A stretch of 56,684 bases of DNA from positions 1-56,684 of the forward strand of contig WFOC01000084.1 of NCBI GenBank assembly GCA_015488295.1, in the 5' to 3' direction. Under the pieces are notes generated by a model. That model was given only the letters and a program-made list of their open reading frames with translations, made no database searches and was not told the origin of the DNA. Source of the DNA: Gammaproteobacteria bacterium (GTDB lineage Bacteria; Pseudomonadota; Gammaproteobacteria; SZUA-229). Every line of letters starts with the position of its first letter. The first letter of the stretch is position 1. Below, one piece after another: positions 1 to 10,030 of the stretch. Both the position numbers and the translations under genes were made by a program.

Positions 1-1233
1 CTGTTTGGCCTGCTGGCAGCACTGGTTCTGCTCTGGCACGGACCGGAAATTATTGCCACACGCTGGTCACCGGCGATTCTTGCTGTCACCCATTTTCTGA
101 CTCTGGGCTTTCTCGCCATGAGCATGCTGGGCGCGATGATGCAGCTAATGCCGGTGCTCATGGGCATGGTCATCGCACGTCCACAGCTGTTCAGTCGCAT
201 CATTCACCTGCCCCTGTTCGGCGGCACGTTATGTCTTGGCCTGGCCTGGTTGCTGCATTTACCGCAGCTGTTTCTTCTCGCTATCGCACTTCTGGGTTTT
301 ACCTTTAGCACGTTTATTCTTATTGCGGCAGAACGTTTATTGCGCTCTGAAAACCGGCACGCCACACGCAGCATGATGTTACTGGCGTTGCTTGCGCTGG
401 GCATCACCGCCAGCCTCGGCATCTATCTTTCACTGGGTTATGGCTGGCAGAATTTTCCGCTGGCACGCCAGCTAACCAATCTGCATCTTGGCTGGGGACT
501 GCTGGGCTGGGTTTTTCTGCTCATCGTTGCTGTTGCCTATCAGGTGATTCCCATGTTTCAGATTACCGATGATTATCCCGCGCAGCATCAACGCTGGCTG
601 GGGTGGCTCATGTTTGCCAGTATCATCGGTCTCAGCCTGTCTCACCTCTGGCTGCTGGATGGTCTCAAGCTGTTTTTTTCACTGTTGCTGGCAACCGGTC
701 TGGTTGTGTTTGCGATAACCACTTTATGGCTGCTAAAAAATCGTCGCCGCCAGTTGCCCGACACCACCATGAAATTCTGGCAACTGGCAATGAGCTGCCT
801 GCTTCTGCTGACGACACTGTGGATGGTTTCTGCGATAACAAACATTGCGCCACCGGATTTTTTACTGGCGGTGTTGATGATCCACGGTTTTGCCATGACC
901 ACGGTCAACGGCATGATGTATAAAATTTTTCCGTTTATTATCTGGCTGCATCTCAGTGTGAAAAACAAAAACCTGCGCCTCAAGGGAGCACGTGAGTTAC
1001 AGGTTAAAGTGCCACACATGCGCAAGATCATTCCTGAAAAGGCCGGCCTGTGGCAATTTCGTTTTCACCTGCTCAGCCTGCTATTACTGGTGCTGGCGAC
1101 ACTATGGCCGCTCTGGTTTTTTTATCCTGCAGCCATCATGCTTGCCACTGCGCAGTTTTTTTTATTGTATAACCTGACAAAAGCTGCGCATTTTTATCGC
1201 ACAAAAACCGCTGAACTTGCTGCTGTCATCTAA
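1..1233 (+). CDS. Polytopic His-containing membrane protein of unknown family, 5' end cut by the window edge
   Basis: The reading frame is open from nt 1 (LFGLLAALVLLWHGPEII...), so the ORF-track Met at 118 is internal. About 10 or more hydrophobic segments. Recurrent His motifs: THFLTLGF, NLHLGWGLLGW, MIHGFAMTTVNGMMYK. Lies directly upstream of norC. Confidence 0.6.
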   Translation: MFGLLAALVLLWHGPEIIATRWSPAILAVTHFLTLGFLAMSMLGAMMQLMPVLMGMVIARPQLFSRIIHLPLFGGTLCLGLAWLLHLPQLFLLAIALLGFTFSTFILIAAERLLRSENRHATRSMMLLALLALGITASLGIYLSLGYGWQNFPLARQLTNLHLGWGLLGWVFLLIVAVAYQVIPMFQITDDYPAQHQRWLGWLMFASIIGLSLSHLWLLDGLKLFFSLLLATGLVVFAITTLWLLKNRRRQLPDTTMKFWQLAMSCLLLLTTLWMVSAITNIAPPDFLLAVLMIHGFAMTTVNGMMYKIFPFIIWLHLSVKNKNLRLKGARELQVKVPHMRKIIPEKAGLWQFRFHLLSLLLLVLATLWPLWFFYPAAIMLATAQFFLLYNLTKAAHFYRTKTAELAAVI

Positions 1234-1309
1234 GCCTCTGCCTGCCTCTGGCGAGCAACATTCTCCTTCATAGCCCCACCTGCTCTCGGGTTTTTATATT
1301 TTTCGCGTC

Positions 1310-1323
1310 TTGATATTGGTCAA
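1310..1323. promoter_or_regulatory. FNR/DNR-type box TTGATattgGTCAA upstream of norC
   Basis: Near-perfect TTGAT-N4-ATCAA palindrome. Its centre is about 86 nt upstream of the norC ATG. Confidence 0.6.
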
Positions 1324-1402
1324 GGATTTCAGAATATCAGATTTTTATAATTCGCTAATACTCCTAATCCTGACCACTAAAACTAACTAAGAGAGCAACG
1401 CT

Positions 1403-1840
1403 ATGAGAGAGACCTTTACCAAGGGCATGGCTCGCAATATTTACTACGGAGGATCGGTTTTCTTCTTCCTGGTATTTATTGGTTTAACCGTCGACACGGT
1501 AAAAAGCCTGCCAAAAACTGATAACAGGGAAAACCTGACTGCCGAGGTGATCGCCGGCAAACGTTTGTGGGAACACAACAATTGCATCGGCTGCCATACC
1601 CTGCTGGGTGAAGGTGCGTACTTTGCGCCAGAGCTGGGCAATGTTTATACCCGCTTTGGCGAAAGCACCGAAGCCATCAAGGCTTTTATCATGAGCCGTC
1701 CTGTGGAAGGCATTCCCGGTCGTCGCAGTATGCCGCAGTTCAACTTCACCGATCAGGAGCTGGAAGAACTGGCACAATTTCTTAAATACTCCGATGGCAT
1801 CAAAGTCGCCAGAGACTGGCCACCCAACATTCAAGGTTAA
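1403..1840 (+). CDS. norC: Nitric oxide reductase subunit C (membrane-anchored monohaem cytochrome c)
   Basis: N-terminal TM helix, CIGCH haem-c motif, size 145 aa, lies immediately upstream of norB. Confidence 0.9.
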   Translation: MRETFTKGMARNIYYGGSVFFFLVFIGLTVDTVKSLPKTDNRENLTAEVIAGKRLWEHNNCIGCHTLLGEGAYFAPELGNVYTRFGESTEAIKAFIMSRPVEGIPGRRSMPQFNFTDQELEELAQFLKYSDGIKVARDWPPNIQG

Positions 1841-3256
<1,416 letters not shown>

Positions 3257-3271
3257 GGCCTGCACCTGCGT

Positions 3272-3304
3272 AAAAAATACCGCCGTGCCTAGCGGTATTT
3301 TTTA
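3272..3304 (+). terminator. Hairpin plus T-run between norB and norE (intrinsic terminator or attenuator)
   Basis: aataccgc-cgtgccta-gcggtatt followed by tttttt. Confidence 0.55.
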
Positions 3305-3343
3305 TGGTGAATATGAAGACAATGCAAAGGCAATAACATTGAA

Positions 3344-3937
3344 ATGACACAGGCAACGATAACAAAATCCGACACTGACTTACCGAAGCTGTTGCCCGGT
3401 GATTTTGCCATCTGGTTTTTTATCTTCGCCGAGTTACTGGTGTTTGCCATTGCGTTTATCGCTTATGCGGTAGCACGACAACAAAACCTGGCCATGTTCA
3501 ATCACTACCAACTCACACTCAACCGCGAGCTGGGAGCAGCAAACACACTGCTGCTGATTACCGCCAGTTATTTTGCGGTTCGTGCTATTCAGGCGATACA
3601 CCAGGATGAAATAAAAAGTTGCAGCCGCTGGCTGTATGCCTCACTGGCATGCGGCGCGGGATTTCTGCTGTTGAAGTCATTTGAGTATTACGACAAGTTC
3701 GCCGCAGGCATCAACCTTGGCAGCAATACTTTTTATATGTTTTATCTGTCACTGACCCTGTTTCATTTTCTGCATGTGATTCTGGGCATGATCATCCTGT
3801 TCGCCATCACCATCAAGGCGCAACGCGGTGGCTACAGTGCAGAGAATCATACCGGCATCGAAACCGGTGCCTCTTACTGGCACATGGTCGATCTGGTGTG
3901 GATTATTTTATTTCCACTGGTCTATATCATGCACTAA
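3344..3937 (+). CDS. norE: NorE-type protein (cytochrome c oxidase subunit III family), copy 1
   Basis: 197 aa and 5-TM-like. C-terminal YWHMVDLVWIILFPLVY motif of the CoxIII/NorE family. Confidence 0.8.
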   Translation: MTQATITKSDTDLPKLLPGDFAIWFFIFAELLVFAIAFIAYAVARQQNLAMFNHYQLTLNRELGAANTLLLITASYFAVRAIQAIHQDEIKSCSRWLYASLACGAGFLLLKSFEYYDKFAAGINLGSNTFYMFYLSLTLFHFLHVILGMIILFAITIKAQRGGYSAENHTGIETGASYWHMVDLVWIILFPLVYIMH

Positions 3938-3944
3938 CAAACCA

Positions 3945-4220
3945 ATGAACAGAATAATGACAAACAGATTCTATAACGCTGATACATTATGGCTGCTTAT
4001 GATACTGCTGACCCTGTCCACCTATGCCGTTGGCAAACTCGGCTACAGCGGTGTTGAGGTGATGGCCTTTTTATTGTTCACCACAACACTCAAGGCCGGC
4101 TTCATCATTCGTGATTTTATGGGCTTGCGCGGCGTGTCATTGCTGTGGCGCATCATCATGTATGGCTGGCTGGTTATCGTCATCAGCAGCATTGCGGCCG
4201 CCTATCTTTTGGGTCTTTAA
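3945..4220 (+). CDS. Small 3-TM membrane protein (prokaryotic COX-IV/NorF-like), copy 1
   Basis: Start moved to the ATG at 3945, because the ORF-track start at 3828 overlaps norE. 91 aa. Shares the ...K.G.II.DFM.L... pattern with the ORF at 5711-6004. Confidence 0.55.
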   Translation: MNRIMTNRFYNADTLWLLMILLTLSTYAVGKLGYSGVEVMAFLLFTTTLKAGFIIRDFMGLRGVSLLWRIIMYGWLVIVISSIAAAYLLGL

Positions 4221-4244
4221 TTCTTATCAACCATTCCACAACCT

Positions 4245-5081
4245 ATGAGCACTATCATGAACAACATCCCCTTCTACCAGAGCCAGCATGGCGAAATCGA
4301 ATTGTTCGAACACGCCTACAACAACCAGTTGCCGATGTTGATTAAAGGCCCGACCGGTTGTGGCAAAACCCGTTTCATTCAGCACATGGCGGCAAAACTC
4401 GGCCGCCCCCTGTACACTATCGCCTGTCACGATGACCTCACCGCAGCCGACCTGGTTGGCCGGCATTTAATCGGTGACGGTGAAACCTACTGGCACGATG
4501 GTCCGCTGACCAAAGCTGTGCGTGAAGGCGCAATCTGTTATCTCGATGAGGTGGTGGAAGCACGCAAGGACACCACGGTGGTGCTGCACCCGCTATCCGA
4601 TGACCGCCGCATTCTGCCCATCGAACGCACCGGTGAAGTATTGCAGGCACCGCCGGAATTCATGCTGGTGGTGTCCTACAACCCCGGTTATCAAAACCTG
4701 CTCAAGGGCATGAAACCTTCGACACGCCAGCGTTTTGTTGCCATGTCTTTCGACTACCCCGACAGCGAAACAGAAACCGGCATCATTCAAAAAGAAACTG
4801 CCATCGATGAAGCTACCGCCCGACAGTTAATCGAACTGGCGCAGGCGCTGCGTGTTCTGAAAGATCACGATCTGGAAGAATCTGCATCAACACGTTTGCT
4901 GGTATACGCCGCCACCCTGATCAAGTCCGGCCTCGATCCGATTGATGCGTGTCGCGCAGCCATCGTCGAGCCGTTGAGTGATGAAGAAGAAACCGTGGCC
5001 GCATTGATGGAAGTGGTTCGTGCAAAAATGGAAACACCCTGGCATAACCAGGCAAACAAGCCACATGCGGCAGCCATTTAA
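4245..5081 (+). CDS. norQ: NorQ, MoxR-type AAA+ ATPase (CbbQ/NirQ/NorQ family)
   Basis: Walker A GPTGCGKT and Walker B CYLDEVVEA. Strong similarity to the CbbQ encoded at 40366-41181. Confidence 0.9.
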   Translation: MSTIMNNIPFYQSQHGEIELFEHAYNNQLPMLIKGPTGCGKTRFIQHMAAKLGRPLYTIACHDDLTAADLVGRHLIGDGETYWHDGPLTKAVREGAICYLDEVVEARKDTTVVLHPLSDDRRILPIERTGEVLQAPPEFMLVVSYNPGYQNLLKGMKPSTRQRFVAMSFDYPDSETETGIIQKETAIDEATARQLIELAQALRVLKDHDLEESASTRLLVYAATLIKSGLDPIDACRAAIVEPLSDEEETVAALMEVVRAKMETPWHNQANKPHAAAI

Positions 5082-5117
5082 AACTGTGCTGACAGCCATC
5101 ATCAACACCGACCAGCC

Positions 5118-5714
5118 ATGAGCGAAGCTGCACTGCCACCACTTTTCATCAACAGCCATCGCCGGAACATTCCGGGCAGCCTGGCAATCTGGGCTGCGAT
5201 ACTGGCGGAGATGAGCGAGTTTGCCATCATGTTCATCGTGTACTTTCTGGCACGGGCGCACAACCCGGTCGTGTTCCATGAAGGGCCGGCAAAACTGAAC
5301 ACCACAGCCGGTACGATGAACACCATCGTTATGCTGAGCAGCAGCTATTTTGTTGTGCGCGCGGTCATGGCCATGCGTGAAAATCAGGCAAAAACAAGCG
5401 CCCGCTGGTTATGGGCAGCGGTTGCCTGCGGTGCCACCTATTTGATCATCAAATATTATGAATACACATGGAACACAGCGCAGGGGCTTGCCACGGAAAC
5501 AAATATTTTTTATGCGGTTTATTATTACGTCACCTTCAATCATTTTCTGCATGTCGGCTGGGGCAGCGCTGCCATGCTCTGGGTGATCTATCGTCTGAAC
5601 ACCGGTATCTACACACAACAGGAACACGAAGGGCTGATTAATGTCGCGCTATACTGGCACATGATCGACCTCGCCTGGATTACAATTTTCCCGCTGCTGT
5701 ACGTGATTCGATGA
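5118..5714 (+). CDS. NorE-type protein (CoxIII family), copy 2
   Basis: 198 aa. LYWHMIDLAWITIFPLLY motif. Paralogous to the ORF at 3344-3937. Confidence 0.8.
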   Translation: MSEAALPPLFINSHRRNIPGSLAIWAAILAEMSEFAIMFIVYFLARAHNPVVFHEGPAKLNTTAGTMNTIVMLSSSYFVVRAVMAMRENQAKTSARWLWAAVACGATYLIIKYYEYTWNTAQGLATETNIFYAVYYYVTFNHFLHVGWGSAAMLWVIYRLNTGIYTQQEHEGLINVALYWHMIDLAWITIFPLLYVIR

Positions 5715-6004
5715 TGCAAACAGAAAACAAAAAGTTCATCACAAAGCTGTGGCTGCTGCTGATTTCCCTAACCCTGTTCAGCGCCTTCATGGCAGAGCGC
5801 AGCCATCCCGGTCTGCTCAGCGTGCTCATCATGGCTGGCGTGCTGGCCTTCAAGGGACGCATTATTGTGGACTATTTCATGGAACTGAAACAGGCCAACC
5901 CGGTTCTGCGCAAGCTGATGCAAATATATTTTTATGTGATACCGACACTGATTATTTTGAGCTGGCTGTTTCCGCAACAGATTGCCGAATGGACAGCCCT
6001 TTGA
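5711..6004 (+). CDS. Small membrane protein (COX-IV/NorF-like), copy 2
   Basis: Its start overlaps the norE' stop (ATGATG). 97 aa. AFKGRIIVDYFMEL parallels LKAGFIIRDFMGL of copy 1. Confidence 0.55.
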   Translation: MMQTENKKFITKLWLLLISLTLFSAFMAERSHPGLLSVLIMAGVLAFKGRIIVDYFMELKQANPVLRKLMQIYFYVIPTLIILSWLFPQQIAEWTAL

Positions 6005-6040
6005 AAACAACACTGAATTATTTTGCCAGACGAGACATCA

Positions 6041-6241
6041 ATGAAAAATCTGACCTGTAAACATTGTGGTGGCAGCGTTACAGCAGGCGATGAAAACTGC
6101 GCACACTGCGGCATTCCTTTAGCGCCGGATTATGGCAGCTCACCACAAAAAAAATTCAAGCTGTTTTTTATCGGCCTGATCATTTTCTGCCTTGCCATGA
6201 TTCTCTGGCTACCACCGGACTGGAGCCATTTTATCCAATAA
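6041..6241 (+). CDS. Zinc-ribbon (CxxC-N10-CxxC) protein with a C-terminal TM helix
   Basis: MKNLTCKHCGGSVTAGDENCAHCG followed by the hydrophobic stretch LFFIGLIIFCLAMILWL. The ATG at 6041 is preferred over the TTG at 6023. Confidence 0.5.
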   Translation: MKNLTCKHCGGSVTAGDENCAHCGIPLAPDYGSSPQKKFKLFFIGLIIFCLAMILWLPPDWSHFIQ

Positions 6242-6245
6242 AATT

Positions 6246-8099
6246 ATGGAAGAATTCGTCGGAAAAATCTGGGACAGCTTCATCACCAAAAGTGCCAAAC
6301 GGCACTACCCGGAAGCAGTCGTTCACCTGGATGACATACGCCGCACTGCAGGCATTTTCTTTCGTGCGCTGGGCGGTGAAGCCGGCCTGCGCGTGGAAAA
6401 TGCAACCGACTCGGAAATTCATGCCCGGCGCTCCCTGTTGCAGCGCATCGCCGGCACCGGAAAAAAAACACAATACGCCTGGCGTGACGAAGAAACCCTG
6501 CGCCTGCCCGACAGCATCGCACTGTTTCCCGACAAACAACTCAATCATGATCTTTATCTGTGGCTGACGGCGCTCTCGGTCACGCCGGAACCGGATGCAA
6601 AACAACATGCCGACTGGATCAGCAAAAACCAGTATCGCACCCGCAAAACACTGGCGATGTGGCCAGGCTTGCGCAACCATTATCAAAAACTGTTGCAGGC
6701 ACATCTGGCACAGCGTCCACAGCCGGATAAACTTCCCGCACAGGAAGCCCATCAGGAAAAAAGCATCCGTGAAGCGCTGGCAAACCCTGAAAAAAAAGTC
6801 ACACTATCCTACGCCAGACATCCGCCACAACCGGTAACACTGTGGCTGCATCCGGCACCGCCACCACAGGAAATCAACAAAAGCGCACAACTGCATGACC
6901 CCGATCAACCAGAAGCCGATGCCCACCAACAGAACGAGCGCGAGCAGGAAAAAAAGCTGAAACGCAAAAAAGGTGATCGCACTGAAATGCCCGATGGCAA
7001 AGACGGGCTGATGAGTTTTCGCCTGGAAACATTATGGAGCTGGGCGGAGTACACAAAAGTTGATCGCACCAGCGTCGATGATGATGACGATAATGCCAAA
7101 CAGACCGCCGAAGATCTGGACAACATCACGCTTGCCCAGGACAGCGAAACCACCACCGGAAAAATAAAACTCGACCTCGACCTGCCCTCGGAAGAATACG
7201 ACGACATCGTGCTGGATCAGGGCATTCCAGTCGATGAATGGGATTACAAAAAACAACACATGCAAAAAGCCCATTGCCGTTTGCAGGTGATGGCTTCACG
7301 TCATGCTGAAGCAATGGAACTGCCGGCAAAACTGCGTCAGCAGGCACACAAAATTCGTCGCCAGTTTGAAGCCCTGCGCCCGCAAAGACAGTGGCTCAGC
7401 CGACAGAACGAAGGCAGCGAACTCGACCTGGAAAACTACATCACTTTTCTGACCGACCGAAAACACGGCCACGTTAACAGCGACACACCCGTGTATCGCG
7501 ATGTGCGCAATGTCAGCCGCGACCTTTCCTGTTTATTACTCGCCGATCTTTCATTGTCTACCGACGCACACATCAACAATCATGCCCGCGTCATCGATGT
7601 CATTCGCGATTCACTCTACCTGTTTTCAGAAGCCCTGACCGCCACCGGCGACCGCTTTGCGCTGCACGGCTTTTCATCACGCAACCGCAATCACATTCGT
7701 TTCTACAACATCAAGGGTTTCGACGAAAGCTACGACAACAACGTCCGCGGCCACATCAACACCATCCGCCCCGGCTATTACACCCGCATGGGCGCAGCCA
7801 TCCGCCACGCTACACAGTTACTTGCCAAACAGACCAGCAGCCAGAAACTGCTACTCATCCTCACCGACGGCAAACCCAATGACCTGGATAAATACGAAGG
7901 CCGCTACGGCATCGAAGACACCCGCATGGCGGTACTGGAAGCTGAAAAACTCGGTCTGAAACCCTTCTGCGTCACTATCGACGAACACGCCGAAGACTAC
8001 CTGCCCTATCTGTTCGGCAGCCGCTCCTACGCACTGATACACAATGTCGAAGAACTACCGCGTAAATTACCGTTGTTATATTTGAGGTTGACCAGCTAG
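6246..8099 (+). CDS. norD: NorD, VWA-domain partner of NorQ
   Basis: 617 aa. C-terminal VWA/MIDAS-like region (LLLADLSLST ... LLLILTDGKPND) that parallels the CbbO C-terminus (VLLDLSEST ... LILLVTDGEPAD). Confidence 0.85.
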   Translation: MEEFVGKIWDSFITKSAKRHYPEAVVHLDDIRRTAGIFFRALGGEAGLRVENATDSEIHARRSLLQRIAGTGKKTQYAWRDEETLRLPDSIALFPDKQLNHDLYLWLTALSVTPEPDAKQHADWISKNQYRTRKTLAMWPGLRNHYQKLLQAHLAQRPQPDKLPAQEAHQEKSIREALANPEKKVTLSYARHPPQPVTLWLHPAPPPQEINKSAQLHDPDQPEADAHQQNEREQEKKLKRKKGDRTEMPDGKDGLMSFRLETLWSWAEYTKVDRTSVDDDDDNAKQTAEDLDNITLAQDSETTTGKIKLDLDLPSEEYDDIVLDQGIPVDEWDYKKQHMQKAHCRLQVMASRHAEAMELPAKLRQQAHKIRRQFEALRPQRQWLSRQNEGSELDLENYITFLTDRKHGHVNSDTPVYRDVRNVSRDLSCLLLADLSLSTDAHINNHARVIDVIRDSLYLFSEALTATGDRFALHGFSSRNRNHIRFYNIKGFDESYDNNVRGHINTIRPGYYTRMGAAIRHATQLLAKQTSSQKLLLILTDGKPNDLDKYEGRYGIEDTRMAVLEAEKLGLKPFCVTIDEHAEDYLPYLFGSRSYALIHNVEELPRKLPLLYLRLTS

Positions 8100-8119
8100 T
8101 GATGTTTGAGGATTTAATT

Positions 8120-8177
8120 GGGGTCAGAGAGCAATTGTTTCTAATATTAGAGAATATTGCTCTCTGACCCCGTTTTT
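8120..8177. terminator. Bidirectional intrinsic terminator between norD and the HD-GYP gene
   Basis: 16-bp perfect stem ggggtcagagagcaat / attgctctctgacccc followed by gttttt. Confidence 0.7.
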
Positions 8178-8184
8178 AATTATT

Positions 8185-8806
8185 CTATAAAAAGCACTTA
8201 TCAAGTGTGTTGTCTGTAAAAATTTTTAAACATGATTCAACAACATCTGCATCATAGAGAACATTTTTATTTTTTTTAATTTCATCTAGTGCCACTTCTA
8301 CCCCCAAAGCTTGTCGATAAGAACGTGAGTGAGTCATAGATTCAACAACATCAGCAACAGATATAATTTTAGCCTCCAGAAGAATATGCTTTGCCTTTAA
8401 CCCATCTGGATAACCGGAACCATCTAATCTTTCATGGTGCTGACGCACTGTTGTTGCAATCGGCCATGGAAAATCGATATCTTTCAAGATATCTTCTCCA
8501 ACCGTTGAGTGAATCTTGATTAGCTCAAACTCTTCTTTTTTAAGCTCCCCTGCTTTTGAAAGTATTGCTGAAGGAATAGCCAGCTTTCCAATATCATGTA
8601 ATGTCCCGGCAATCCTGACAGACTCAACCTGATCTTTTGTCAGGTTTAGTTCTTGCGCTATTCTTCTTGAAAGTGCTGACACCCTGCTTTGATGTATAGA
8701 AATCTCTAGCTTCTGCTGCAAAGGCAATAGATGAAACCAGTTTAAGCAAATGTCGTTTTTCCATAGATATACCCATACTTATTTCAAATGTTAAGAAATA
8801 TAGCAT
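8185..8806 (-). pseudogene. Stand-alone HD-GYP c-di-GMP phosphodiesterase domain gene, split by an apparent frameshift near 8700
   Basis: Downstream frame: HDIGK and HHERLDGSGYP, with only a TTG start. Upstream frame, with an ATG: ...AAEARDFYT. The canonical ARD.YT..H..RV motif is divided between the two frames. Confidence 0.55.
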
Positions 8807-9224
8807 TACAGTTGGTTACAATGTTTTTATTCAAACGCCCTCTATTACGGCGTTTAAAAATATAACCACGCATTAAACAGAAAGCAGATTTTTTGTGATA
8901 CACAAAATTTTATATACTCTCAACAAAACTCCTGCCCTCATATTTATTACCCGGTCGTTTTACAGGGAATTTATTTTTATCACAAGAAACATAGCCTCAA
9001 CTAGCCCTGCCACATATTCCCAGGACAAGTTTATATTCATATCCAAAACAACGCCATACAACTTCCCTGAAAACTTGCAAGCGGAACATAAAAGCATCGT
9101 ATTTTAATTGTGGTTTTAATAACGGATAGTAAATAAAGCGTCATATCACACACTTTATGTCATCTACTTATAAGCGCATTCATGGCATACTCATTTCTTT
9201 AAAAACACTTTTAGAACATCTGCT

Positions 9225-9911
9225 ATGGAACACGATAACACCGAAATCATTAAACAGAATCTGAAAAAACATCATCTGTTCTCCAAGCTGTCAGAATTGC
9301 AGTTTGATCAGGTTTGCGCATTCAGTCAGATACATCAGCTAAGTGCTGGCCAGCTGCTTTTTAATCAGGCTGACAAGATCACTTCTTTCTACATGGTGCT
9401 CAGTGGCAGTATCAAGCTTTTTCGCTTGTCGCCGGACGGTCAGGAAAAAATTATTGAGATTGCAAAACCGGGTGGTGTTTTTGCCGAGGCTTTGATGTTT
9501 ACCAACAAGACGGATTACCCGGTAAGTTCGGCGGCAATTTCTGAAACAACGGTTATCAGCATCAATGCAAAAAAATTCCATGACATGCTTTGGGATTCGA
9601 CTGCGACATGTTTATTGCTGCTCGGTGATATGAGTTTGCGTCTGCGAAAACTGGTCAATGAGATAAACACGCTGACCCTGCAAAGCGGTACCTGTCGCGT
9701 TGCATCGTATCTATTACATGAGATGCCTGAAAACACCAGAGACTTCAAACTCGACACCACCAAAAAAAATATCGCAGCAAGTCTGTCGATTAAACCTGAA
9801 ACTTTCTCGCGCATTATCAAAAACATGAACAACCAGGGCATTCTTAGCATCAGTGGAAACCATGTCAGTATTCATGATGTCGATGCCCTGAAACAAAAAA
9901 GCATTGGCTGA
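9225..9911 (+). CDS. Crp/Fnr-family transcription regulator, DNR/NnrR-like (no N-terminal Cys cluster)
   Basis: cNMP-binding-like beta-roll followed by a C-terminal HTH with ETFSRIIKNM (the E--SR recognition helix of the FNR class). No FNR-type Cys cluster at the N-terminus. Confidence 0.8.
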   Translation: MEHDNTEIIKQNLKKHHLFSKLSELQFDQVCAFSQIHQLSAGQLLFNQADKITSFYMVLSGSIKLFRLSPDGQEKIIEIAKPGGVFAEALMFTNKTDYPVSSAAISETTVISINAKKFHDMLWDSTATCLLLLGDMSLRLRKLVNEINTLTLQSGTCRVASYLLHEMPENTRDFKLDTTKKNIAASLSIKPETFSRIIKNMNNQGILSISGNHVSIHDVDALKQKSIG

Positions 9912-10030
9912 AAATTGTTTCATTTGTTAAACGCACTTTATTTTTATAAGATGAAAATATTGCATTCCTGATTATTTCTCAAACCATAACGGGCAGGTTG
10001 ATACCAGCCATTTAAACAGAGGGTAGTTTT

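Noticed and set aside
3828-3944. Upstream extension of the small norF-like ORF
   Set aside because: It overlaps the norE coding sequence in another frame. The internal ATG at 3945 lies just after the norE stop.
8891-8907. Palindrome TTTTGTG-ATA-CACAAAA, which resembles CRP half-sites
   Set aside because: The spacing (3 nt between TGTG and CACA) does not fit TGTGA-N6-TCACA, and it occurs only once. Noted but not called as a site.
8895-9107. 70-aa ORF in the AT-rich spacer between the HD-GYP and Crp/Fnr genes
   Set aside because: Non-ATG start, no RBS, low-complexity Ile/Phe/Thr-rich product. Most likely promoter DNA.
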